Positions 24,643 to 31,406 of a stretch of DNA of 51,936 nucleotides are shown in pieces. The stretch lies in the NCBI GenBank assembly GCA_009784085.1, contig WRCJ01000002.1, positions 1 through 51,936 on the forward strand, read 5' to 3'. Under the pieces are notes generated by a model that was given only the letters and a program-made list of their open reading frames with translations, searched no databases and was not told where the DNA came from. This DNA comes from Oscillospiraceae bacterium (GTDB taxonomy: Bacteria > Bacillota > Clostridia > Oscillospirales > UBA929). Positions within the stretch are counted from its first letter, which is position 1. The number at the start of each line of letters is the position of its first letter. The translations under genes were made by a program, and so were the position numbers.

Positions 24643-25545
24643 CTATACTTGATTATCCGTGTTCTCTTTATCGGCAAGTATCTTGCTCAATTTTGCCTTT
24701 TCATCAAGCACTTTCAACTTTTTCACGCTGCTGTATGACAGCAATGCCGCCATTTGCGAACGGGCAAGCCGATTCAATTCTAAAAGCCGCTCGGACTGCG
24801 GCATACCGTTATTGATATACAGAGCGTTGACGTTTTCAAGATTGGCGAGTACGAGCAATTGCTCTATCGTCGCATAATCGCGAATATTACCTTTTTTATC
24901 GACATTGTCTTTTCGCCATTCTGCAGCGGTCATTCCGAATAGAGCAGTATTTAATAGATCCGCTTCGTCCGCGTAAATGAACGAACGCTGGCGTGGCGTG
25001 AGTTCCGGTGGAATAAGATTGTCGCGGATAGCATCCGTGTGTATACGGTAATTGACTTTGGCGAGAATCCGTTTTACGTTCCAATCAAGGGATATGCGGC
25101 TGTTCTCGTCAGCTTTCAGACGCTGATAGTCTTTGATTATATAGAGCTCAAACTCTGCGGAAATCCACGACGCGAATTTGAACGCGATATCTTTATGCGC
25201 GTATACACCGCCGCCGCGTCCGGCTTTCACGATAATGCCCAAGGCATTTGTCGCTGTCACCCACTTTGTCGGCGATAATGTAAAAGCGTTCGCCCCGGCT
25301 TCATGCAAAAACCTATCGAATTCGATAGGTTTAAATTCGGCGTTGTTCAGTTTTTCCCATATTCCGAGGTACTCTATCGTGTTGCGAACACGCATCCAGT
25401 TATTTACAACGATAAACGGCTCTTCGACATTTTTGTATTTTGCGATATCCGTCAAGCTGATGTAGTCGTCGGACGTACCTTTTGAAAGCACGGCAATTTT
25501 GGTGCCTTTCGCTGTTATCGTGCCTTTGAAAGTTTTGTCTACCAC
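24643..25545 (-). CDS. KilA-N domain DNA-binding protein
   Basis: DYISLTDIAKYKN...VVNNWMRVRNTIEYLGIWEKLNN..FKPIEFD...FTLSPTKW...HKDIAFKFASWISAEFELYIIKDYQRLK is the KilA-N signature. Preferred start is the GTG at 25545 with GGAGGA 8 nt upstream. The ATG at 25626 is the alternative. Confidence 0.8.
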   Translation of the reverse strand: MVDKTFKGTITAKGTKIAVLSKGTSDDYISLTDIAKYKNVEEPFIVVNNWMRVRNTIEYLGIWEKLNNAEFKPIEFDRFLHEAGANAFTLSPTKWVTATNALGIIVKAGRGGGVYAHKDIAFKFASWISAEFELYIIKDYQRLKADENSRISLDWNVKRILAKVNYRIHTDAIRDNLIPPELTPRQRSFIYADEADLLNTALFGMTAAEWRKDNVDKKGNIRDYATIEQLLVLANLENVNALYINNGMPQSERLLELNRLARSQMAALLSYSSVKKLKVLDEKAKLSKILADKENTDNQV

Positions 25546-25632
25546 GGGATCATCCTCCGAAATCGAATAATAATATTTGATATTTTTGTTGCTTTGCGTT
25601 TTCTGTTCGCGACAAAAATGTGTCACGTGTTC

Positions 25633-26247
25633 TTATGCACCATTAACGCGCATGGAAAGCGTTTCCGCCACCGCGAAAAGCAACGCCTCGTTATCTTGAT
25701 ACCACGCAGTATCACCGCCATGATTGATGGAAAAGAAAAACACGCCACTATCCGTGATATTGACAAAGTCGGTATACGTTTCGGTCTTCCGGCAATAGCC
25801 TTTACCGCCATCGGCAAAACTGAAATCCTCAACCGAGAATCCCTCGTCATTTTTCAGCAAGTCCCGGTACTCATCCTCCGAAATGTCCTGTCCCAAAAAG
25901 ACTTGGTGCCCCCACATATGTATTTCGCCATGCGAACAATCAATCACCAATATAGTTTCATCTTCGTCTTCATAATCGGGCTCTGTGTGATAGCTCCACG
26001 CGGACGGTATCTTCAGATAAAACTCAACCAGTTCGTCGGTCGCTGTCTTGTCCAACACGGGCAGATTGGGTTCAAGCGTGTCTGCCGGCGCGGGCGATGT
26101 TTCCGGCGCGGGCGATTCCCCGCCAGACGGGGGCGGGGGGTCGGTTTGGGTGCCGGGGTCAGTTACCTGCTGAATCTCAACGCTACAGCCGGAGATCACC
26201 GCAAGCGTAAGACATGCGATAATCGCAAATGTAAATATCCTCTTCAT
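25633..26247 (-). CDS. Lipoprotein of unknown function
   Basis: Signal peptide with lipobox (LAVISGC), a Pro/Thr/Ser-rich linker, and a ~150-aa acidic globular domain. AGGAG lies immediately after the mazF stop; the gap is 12 nt. Confidence 0.7.
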   Translation of the reverse strand: MKRIFTFAIIACLTLAVISGCSVEIQQVTDPGTQTDPPPPSGGESPAPETSPAPADTLEPNLPVLDKTATDELVEFYLKIPSAWSYHTEPDYEDEDETILVIDCSHGEIHMWGHQVFLGQDISEDEYRDLLKNDEGFSVEDFSFADGGKGYCRKTETYTDFVNITDSGVFFFSINHGGDTAWYQDNEALLFAVAETLSMRVNGA

Positions 26248-26259
26248 AAAACCACTCCT

Positions 26260-26589
26260 TTAATAAAATGAACAAATCATGTCGATTACCCTATCCAAAA
26301 CATCATCTGAAACATACTCGACATAATCAGCATTTCTGGCAATCACGTCAAGCGCACGAGTTTGATCGCATAGGATCACACCGGTTGTCTTTGTATCGTT
26401 TCCCAGTGGCATGTGAAATACATGGGCCTTATCTGTATTTGTTATGGGACAGACCATGGCCAATTTGCAATGTTGATTAAAAACGTTGTTGCTTACCACC
26501 AAGGCCGGTCGCCGTCCCCTTTGCTCGAATCCTTTTTGAGGATCAAAATCCATCATTATGATGTCACCTTGATTGGGGGTGTACCTCAT
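26260..26589 (-). CDS. mazF: MazF/PemK-family endoribonuclease toxin
   Basis: MRYTPNQGDIIMMDFDPQKGFEQRGRRPALVVSN...VCPITN is the PemK fold signature. Its ATG overlaps the mazE TAA by 1 nt. Confidence 0.85.
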   Translation of the reverse strand: MRYTPNQGDIIMMDFDPQKGFEQRGRRPALVVSNNVFNQHCKLAMVCPITNTDKAHVFHMPLGNDTKTTGVILCDQTRALDVIARNADYVEYVSDDVLDRVIDMICSFY

Positions 26590-26879
26590 TACCAAAACTC
26601 CCTCCCAACTGATGCCCCCCAATCGTACGCAACCGGGGAGTATAATGTGTCATCAGCAAGGATTTCATCAATTGGTCTCCCATAAAACTCCTCAAGTCTT
26701 TGCTCGAGACTCTTCTTTGACCGACGCTTACGTTGATTTTTTCTGATAACGATAGAATCATTATCAACATCTGCCATAATCTCAACTTGATCATTTTCCT
26801 GGAGCATCAGGCTCTCTAAAACTGCTTTAGGTAGGCGAACTGCCTGGCTGTTGCCCCATTTCTGAATTGTCGTTATCAT
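26589..26879 (-). CDS. mazE: MazE / AbrB-SpoVT-family antitoxin
   Basis: IQKWGNSQAVRLPKAVLESL is the swapped-hairpin AbrB/MazE motif; located upstream of mazF. Confidence 0.85.
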   Translation of the reverse strand: MITTIQKWGNSQAVRLPKAVLESLMLQENDQVEIMADVDNDSIVIRKNQRKRRSKKSLEQRLEEFYGRPIDEILADDTLYSPVAYDWGASVGREFW

Positions 26880-26899
26880 ACGCTACCACCTCGCATCAT

Positions 26900-26928
26900 A
26901 GTATATACTGCGTATCTACAATTGTCAA
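26900..26928 (-). promoter_or_regulatory. Consensus-like sigma-70 promoter of the mazEF-lipoprotein operon
   Basis: Minus strand: TTGACA (26923-26928), 17 nt, TATACT (26900-26905). The -10 sits inside the palindrome AGTATATACT, a possible MazE operator. GGTGG RBS precedes the mazE ATG. Confidence 0.65.
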
Positions 26929-27004
26929 GCGCAAGTCGGCTCGGATTGTGGTTAACCTGTGATAATGTCAGGATGTAAATTAATCTGAGAAAATGGTGTT
27001 AAAT

Positions 27005-27370
27005 TCAGGTTTTTCCATTCGTCAAGTTTTTTTCGAATCGCTGTGACGCCATGCCGGACTTTGAAAATGAAATATTCTCAATTATACGTAGAGCGTGAAC
27101 ATCATTGTCACTTAAACCAAGATCACGAAGGTGTTTTATTAATGCTATTCTTTCGCTAATTGCTTTGATGTAATTTTCATTACGTAGCCTTTCGTTATCG
27201 ATCTCCATTCTTTCATTGACTAATTTCTGTTGTTGAATCTCTTCGCTTGTTTTAACTAAACCAAGCTCTGCTGCTTTGGCTTCTGCCTCTGCTTTTCGCT
27301 TGGTAATCGCTTTACCGATCATCACACGTTCTATTACGTCTTTTGGATCAAAGCCTACTGATACCCCCAC
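27005..27370 (-). CDS. Hypothetical 121-aa coiled-coil protein (GTG start)
   Basis: GGAGAGGAGAG lies 6 nt upstream of the GTG at 27370. The frame is uninterrupted in AT-rich DNA, where stops are frequent. Charged heptad-like middle (KAEAEAKAAELG...QQQKLVNERMEIDNERLRNEN). No family recognised. Confidence 0.5.
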   Translation of the reverse strand: MGVSVGFDPKDVIERVMIGKAITKRKAEAEAKAAELGLVKTSEEIQQQKLVNERMEIDNERLRNENYIKAISERIALIKHLRDLGLSDNDVHALRIIENISFSKSGMASQRFEKNLTNGKT

Positions 27371-27686
27371 AAGTATCTCTCCTCTCCTAACCAGTGATGA
27401 TATTATGTAAAAAAGTACACCGTGCTGATCAAATTGGACTTTTTATATTTCCGAGTTATCAGGTGTCCTTTTCTGGCGCGTATTGTCCAGTAAGAAATAA
27501 TTACCTATTTCATATATCGAGAAGATCCATCCTCCAATTTATCATCGTGGCATTTGGAGGGTTTGCATAAGTAGAACTTTCACAACGAATTAGACTATAT
27601 AATGCCACACATTTCAACTAGCGAGCCATGCGCGACGCGAGAAAAGTGTGTATTTCTCCGGCAAAGTCGCTAACAAAGGAGACGTT

Positions 27687-27861
27687 CTATCTGTATTCCT
27701 GCAACTCCCTGAGTATAAGTTGTCGAAAAAAAGATGAAAAAAGTTGAGTTTTCGCCGATAGGAGTGGTTGAACTTTGGGGAAGTGGGTGTAGAAAGCAGA
27801 GACTTTGTATTCTTCGTTAAATGTCCTGGTCTCTCGCTTACTTGTGTTTCCCATTGCTCAT
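27687..27861 (-). pseudogene. Possible decayed IS3-family orfA (HTH_Tnp_1-like) relic
   Basis: MSNGKHK, then a stop; the adjacent frame gives KRETRTFNEEYKVSAF...LILRELQEYR. This resembles the KRR.F..EFK..AV ... L..W...Y.E layout of IS3 OrfA over about the right length. The middle HTH region is not recognisable. Confidence 0.25.
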
Positions 27862-27951
27862 ACCTTGCCTTTCTTATCGTGACAAAAAATGTGTCAAGTT
27901 TTGTTATACATCATACACCATCGATTTGCCGAAAGAAGAATCGACGACGCG

Positions 27952-27992
27952 CTCAAATGAAAAGCGGGACGCTCTCATTTGAGCATCCCGCT
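27952..27992 (-). terminator. Terminator-like hairpin after the 53-aa ORF, interleaved with a second complementary pair
   Basis: Minus strand: AGCGGGA-N16-TCCCGCT followed by TTTCATTT. CTCAAATGA/TCATTTGAG is interleaved with it in A-B-A'-B' order. Confidence 0.4.
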
Positions 27993-28022
27993 TCGCCGTC
28001 AGGCGTATACCACTTATTGGAT

Positions 28023-28184
28023 TTAGTTTTTGACAGTTCTGAGTGGCTTGTTTAACTTTTCAGAAAGCCACGCAAGCGCCTTATCAGATTCTTTGCGGCG
28101 TTCTTCTTTAGTCATGGTCATGCGGCGCAGAGAGTTATCGTCCCGAATTTTTCTAATCTCAGTCATGGATTCACTAACCTTCAT
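28023..28184 (-). CDS. 53-aa charged helical ORF translationally coupled to the 3' end of the PIN gene (candidate cognate antitoxin/partner)
   Basis: Below the 60-aa cut-off of the track. GGAGGT lies 8 nt upstream of the ATG at 28184, which is inside the last codons of the PIN gene. Sequence: MKVSESMTEIRKIRDDNSLRRMTMTKEERRKESDKALAWLSEKLNKPLRTVKN. A terminator-like hairpin follows. Confidence 0.5.
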   Translation of the reverse strand: MKVSESMTEIRKIRDDNSLRRMTMTKEERRKESDKALAWLSEKLNKPLRTVKN

Positions 28185-28662
28185 TTTCATCTACCTCCTC
28201 TAACAGCATAGTCGGTGAAATTATGCTGATTTCCTTGTAATGGTTCACAGCGTTTACAATTTTTACTTTGTTAATCGTCCGATAATTCACCAAGTGTTTG
28301 AAATTCCACGATATAATAATATCGCAGTTCATAACAACGGCGCAGGCCATATGCAAACAATCGTCCACACTTTTTTTGGTAAGCACTCCGTTGTAAAGAT
28401 ACTCATAGGCGAGGTTGTTTATTTCGTCGGTTTCCTCTAATACTTGAAAATCAATCTCGCCTAGCCTTTCAGCCATTTTTGACCGTTTGGGTTCGGAACA
28501 TTTTTGCAGTTCTTCGACTGTTATCGTCGAAATAAAGATGTCGTATTTACCGGCTTTGAAGTCATCCCAGAGCTTATTTGTGTCGTCCATTTTGTCCGGT
28601 GTATCGTCAGCAAACAAATGGCTCACAACGGATGTGTCAAGATATATTTTCAATTTTTTCAT
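28174..28662 (-). CDS. PIN-domain protein (VapC-like ribonuclease toxin candidate)
   Basis: IYLDTSVVSHL (first acidic residue), ...TVEEL..., DCLHMACAVVMNCDIIISWNFKH (distal acidic residues); 162 aa. Confidence 0.85.
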   Translation of the reverse strand: MKKLKIYLDTSVVSHLFADDTPDKMDDTNKLWDDFKAGKYDIFISTITVEELQKCSEPKRSKMAERLGEIDFQVLEETDEINNLAYEYLYNGVLTKKSVDDCLHMACAVVMNCDIIISWNFKHLVNYRTINKVKIVNAVNHYKEISIISPTMLLEEVDENEG

Positions 28663-28710
28663 TTTGCCTTGAACCTCCGCTTTGATTTTTCTATCTCAGC
28701 CCGAGAGGGG

Positions 28711-28842
28711 GATGACGACGGGAGTATGGATTCTGCGACTGCGCGCAGAATGACGAGGGGATGGAATGACAACGGGGAGACGACGGGGGGGGACGGGGGT
28801 ATGGATTCTCCCGGCGCGTCAGGGATGCCGCGCCCTACGGGG
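28711..28842. repeat. REP-like hairpin block, related to the insert at 11808-11982
   Basis: TATGGATTCTGCGACTGCGCGCAGAATGACGAGGGGAT (28725-28762) matches 11873-11909 except for 4 substitutions and a 1-nt indel. CCGGCGCGTCAGGGATGCCGCGCCCTACGG (28811-28840) is the reverse complement of 11913-11939 with one mismatch. Confidence 0.65.
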
Positions 28843-28854
28843 AGCAAGACAGGG

Positions 28855-29673
28855 TTACGGGCACGCGATGCGGTTTGCGAGGAGTTTTTTGGCATTTCCG
28901 GACAGCACGCCGGCCCTCTCCTGTTCGTTGAGGCCCAGCGCGTCGATGAGCAATATCTCGTTGGCCGGGCGGCACCACGGCGCATCGCTGCCGAATAGGA
29001 TGCGGTCGGCGCCATGTTTCTTCACAATCTCCCGGCACAGCGGCAACGGGATGCGCGAATAGCAAAACGAGGTGTCGAAATAGGCCGGGCCCCCGGCCAA
29101 GACCTCCAGGACCTCGTCCCACAGGATATAGCCGCCCATGTGCGCCAACACCACGGGAGTCTTCCCGAAGGCAGGCAAGATAGCGGCCAGGCGCCGGGGC
29201 GATGCCTTGACAGGGGCGGCAAACCCGATATCCGCCCCGGCGTGGAAGACCGTGATGAGATTCAGTTTGCGGATGGTTTCGTACACCGGGGCAAGGGCGT
29301 CGTCGTCCACGAAAAAGCTCTGGTATTCCGGGTGGAACTTGACACCCAAGACACCGCTTTCCTTCAGCCGGTGCAACTCCTCCAAGGCGCCCGCGCCTTT
29401 GGGGTACACCGATCCGAAGCCAATGAGCCGTCCGGCGCCAATCGAGATGGCATAGTCGTTGACCCGTGGCATCTGCTTGTCGTTGGTGGCGATGCCCAGG
29501 GCGACCGCCTTCCCCACGCCGTCCGCGTCCATCAACGCCAACAAGCCTTCCCTGGTGCCGTCGGCGCAGGGCATAAGATTTCCGCTGTTCCTTATCAGGA
29601 TATCCATGGCGCGGCCGGCGATTTTACGCGGGAAAATATGCGTGTGGAAATCGATGATTTCCCATTTTTCCAT
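28855..29673 (-). CDS. Amidohydrolase-2 family TIM-barrel metal-dependent hydrolase
   Basis: IIDFHTHIFP (HxH), later His residues, and GSDAPW near the C-terminus. Its ATG overlaps the rnc TAA by 1 nt. Confidence 0.75.
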   Translation of the reverse strand: MEKWEIIDFHTHIFPRKIAGRAMDILIRNSGNLMPCADGTREGLLALMDADGVGKAVALGIATNDKQMPRVNDYAISIGAGRLIGFGSVYPKGAGALEELHRLKESGVLGVKFHPEYQSFFVDDDALAPVYETIRKLNLITVFHAGADIGFAAPVKASPRRLAAILPAFGKTPVVLAHMGGYILWDEVLEVLAGGPAYFDTSFCYSRIPLPLCREIVKKHGADRILFGSDAPWCRPANEILLIDALGLNEQERAGVLSGNAKKLLANRIACP

Positions 29674-30344
29674 TACCCGCGCTCCTCCAACCACTCCAGA
29701 GCCATGCAGGCGGCGGCCTGTTCGGCTTCTTTCTTGCTGGCGCCCGATCCGCTGCCCGCCAACTCGCCTTCGATGAGGATCTCGACCGTGAACACCTTGG
29801 CGTGATCCGGCCCGCTGGCGTCCGCCAACCGGTATGCGTACTGACGGGCGGGTTCGCGCTGTAAGAGCTCTTGCAACGTCGTCTTGTAGTCGGTGGGCAA
29901 ATAATCCTTCTCGTTGAGAAGGAATTTTTCAGCCAGTGTACGCGCGGCGGACATGCCGCCGTCTAAAAAAACGGCGGCCAGCAATGCCTCCATCGCGTCG
30001 GCCAACAGCGATGGTCGATTGCGCCCCCCGCCCATTTCCTCCCCGCGCCCCAGCTTGACCGCGGCATGTAGCCCGATCTCACGTGCCGCCTCGGCTAGGC
30101 TACTCTCGCAAACCAACGCGGCCCTCATGCGGGTCAGCTCCCCTTCGGTTTTTTTCCGGTACGTGTGAAACAGATGATCAGCGGTCAGGAAACCCAGCAC
30201 GGAGTCGCCCAGGAACTCCAGGCGTTCGTTGTAGCCCGGCGACGCGCCGCGATTTTCGTTGTAATAGGAGCTGTGGGTCAGCGCGATTTCGTACAAGAGC
30301 GGATCGCGAAAGGCATAGCCTATGACCTCCTCCAGCTGTGTCAT
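29673..30344 (-). CDS. rnc: Ribonuclease III
   Basis: NERLEFLGDSVLG signature and a C-terminal dsRBD (GSGSGASKKEAEQAAA). Confidence 0.93.
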   Translation of the reverse strand: MTQLEEVIGYAFRDPLLYEIALTHSSYYNENRGASPGYNERLEFLGDSVLGFLTADHLFHTYRKKTEGELTRMRAALVCESSLAEAAREIGLHAAVKLGRGEEMGGGRNRPSLLADAMEALLAAVFLDGGMSAARTLAEKFLLNEKDYLPTDYKTTLQELLQREPARQYAYRLADASGPDHAKVFTVEILIEGELAGSGSGASKKEAEQAAACMALEWLEERG

Positions 30345-31378
30345 CCCGTCCCCCCCCCTTGGTCGGGCAAGCGCATGTGTTCCATATTGTTTGCGATCTC
30401 CTGTATCACTTGGGACGCGGCGAAATCGCGCGCCTGCCGGATTGTCGAGCGGATGGCGTTGGCATTGGACGAGCCATGTGTCTTGATGACCGGCTTGCCC
30501 ACGCCCAGGAAGGGCGAACCGCCGTACTCCGTGTAGTCCAGCATCTTTTTTAGGGAACGCAAGCCGCCGCGCACAAAAAGCGCGCCCATTTTGGCGATGA
30601 TATTTTTCGTGAACATCTGCTTCATCAGGCTGGCAAAAAACAGCCCCATGCCCTCGGTGGTTTTGAGCATGATATTGCCCGAAAACCCGTCGGACACCAC
30701 CACATCGGCCAAACCGAAGGCGATGTCGCGGCCCTCCAAGTTGCCGACAAAGAGCAGCCTCCCGTCGTCATGCGCCTGCCGGAGGAGCTTATAGGTTTCT
30801 TTGCGCAGCGCGTCGCCTTTGGTCTCCTCGGCGCCGATGTTCATCAACCCAACCCGCGGCTTGTCGATGCCCATGACGCACGAGGCATACAGGGAACCCA
30901 TGAAGGCAAATTGCAGCAGGTACTCGGGGGTACATTCCACGTTGGCGCCGCAGTCGATGAGCATCGCGCCGCCTTTGGCGGTCGGGATGATGGGGGAGAG
31001 GGCGGCGCGGCGGACGCCTTTGATTCGCTTGACAATCAATGTGGCGCCGGATAGCAGGGCGCCGGTGTTGCCGGCCGACACAAAGGCGTCGCCGACACCC
31101 TTGTTCAGGAGATCCAGCCCTACCACGATCGAAGAATCCGGTTTTTCTTTGATAACATTCGATGGGTTGTCATCCATGGTGATGACCTGCTCTGCGTGGG
31201 CGATTTCCATACCGCGCGGCAGGGTGTCCAAGCCCTCTTCCTTCAGGACATGCAAAATATCTTCGCCGCGCCCGACCAATACGGTGTCCGCTTCGCTCTC
31301 TTTTTGCGCCAGTAACGCCCCGCGGACAATCTCCCTCGGCGCGTTATCGCCACCCATGGCATCCAGAATGATCTTCAT
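30341..31378 (-). CDS. plsX: Phosphate acyltransferase PlsX
   Basis: MKIILDAMGGDNAP start, and a GNTGA-type motif (SAGNTGALL). 4-nt overlap with rnc. Confidence 0.92.
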   Translation of the reverse strand: MKIILDAMGGDNAPREIVRGALLAQKESEADTVLVGRGEDILHVLKEEGLDTLPRGMEIAHAEQVITMDDNPSNVIKEKPDSSIVVGLDLLNKGVGDAFVSAGNTGALLSGATLIVKRIKGVRRAALSPIIPTAKGGAMLIDCGANVECTPEYLLQFAFMGSLYASCVMGIDKPRVGLMNIGAEETKGDALRKETYKLLRQAHDDGRLLFVGNLEGRDIAFGLADVVVSDGFSGNIMLKTTEGMGLFFASLMKQMFTKNIIAKMGALFVRGGLRSLKKMLDYTEYGGSPFLGVGKPVIKTHGSSNANAIRSTIRQARDFAASQVIQEIANNMEHMRLPDQGGGTG

Positions 31379-31406
31379 ACTACACCCCTTCTTCGCCTGA
31401 ATTTCC

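Noticed and set aside
24550-27035. Similarity between TTTTCCCTTCGTCAAGCTTTTTT (24552-24574) and TTTTCCATTCGTCAAGTTTTTTT (27011-27033)
   Set aside because: Only ~23 nt align, and they are dominated by T-runs around a TTGACG -35-like hexamer. One copy lies in a promoter and the other at the 3' end of a coding region. This is too short and low-complexity to call homology without statistics.
27768-28055. 95-aa plus-strand ORF in the island's non-coding stretch
   Set aside because: It has no RBS and a non-ATG start. It runs antisense through the terminator hairpins and the end of the 53-aa ORF. Its composition looks like random AT-rich translation.
24567-28710. att-like direct repeats or an integrase defining the island as an integrative element
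   Set aside because: No tyrosine or serine recombinase gene is present. I could not find a convincing direct repeat shared by the two borders, only trivial hexamers such as CTATCT.
28659-29015. 118-aa minus-strand ORF ending in an ATGA overlap with the PIN gene (a tempting upstream antitoxin)
   Set aside because: Most of it is a wrong-frame reading of the amidohydrolase 3' end and of the REP-like block (…VGRGIPDAP…). Only the last ~13 AT-rich codons could be a genuine remnant, and these are noted under the PIN finding.
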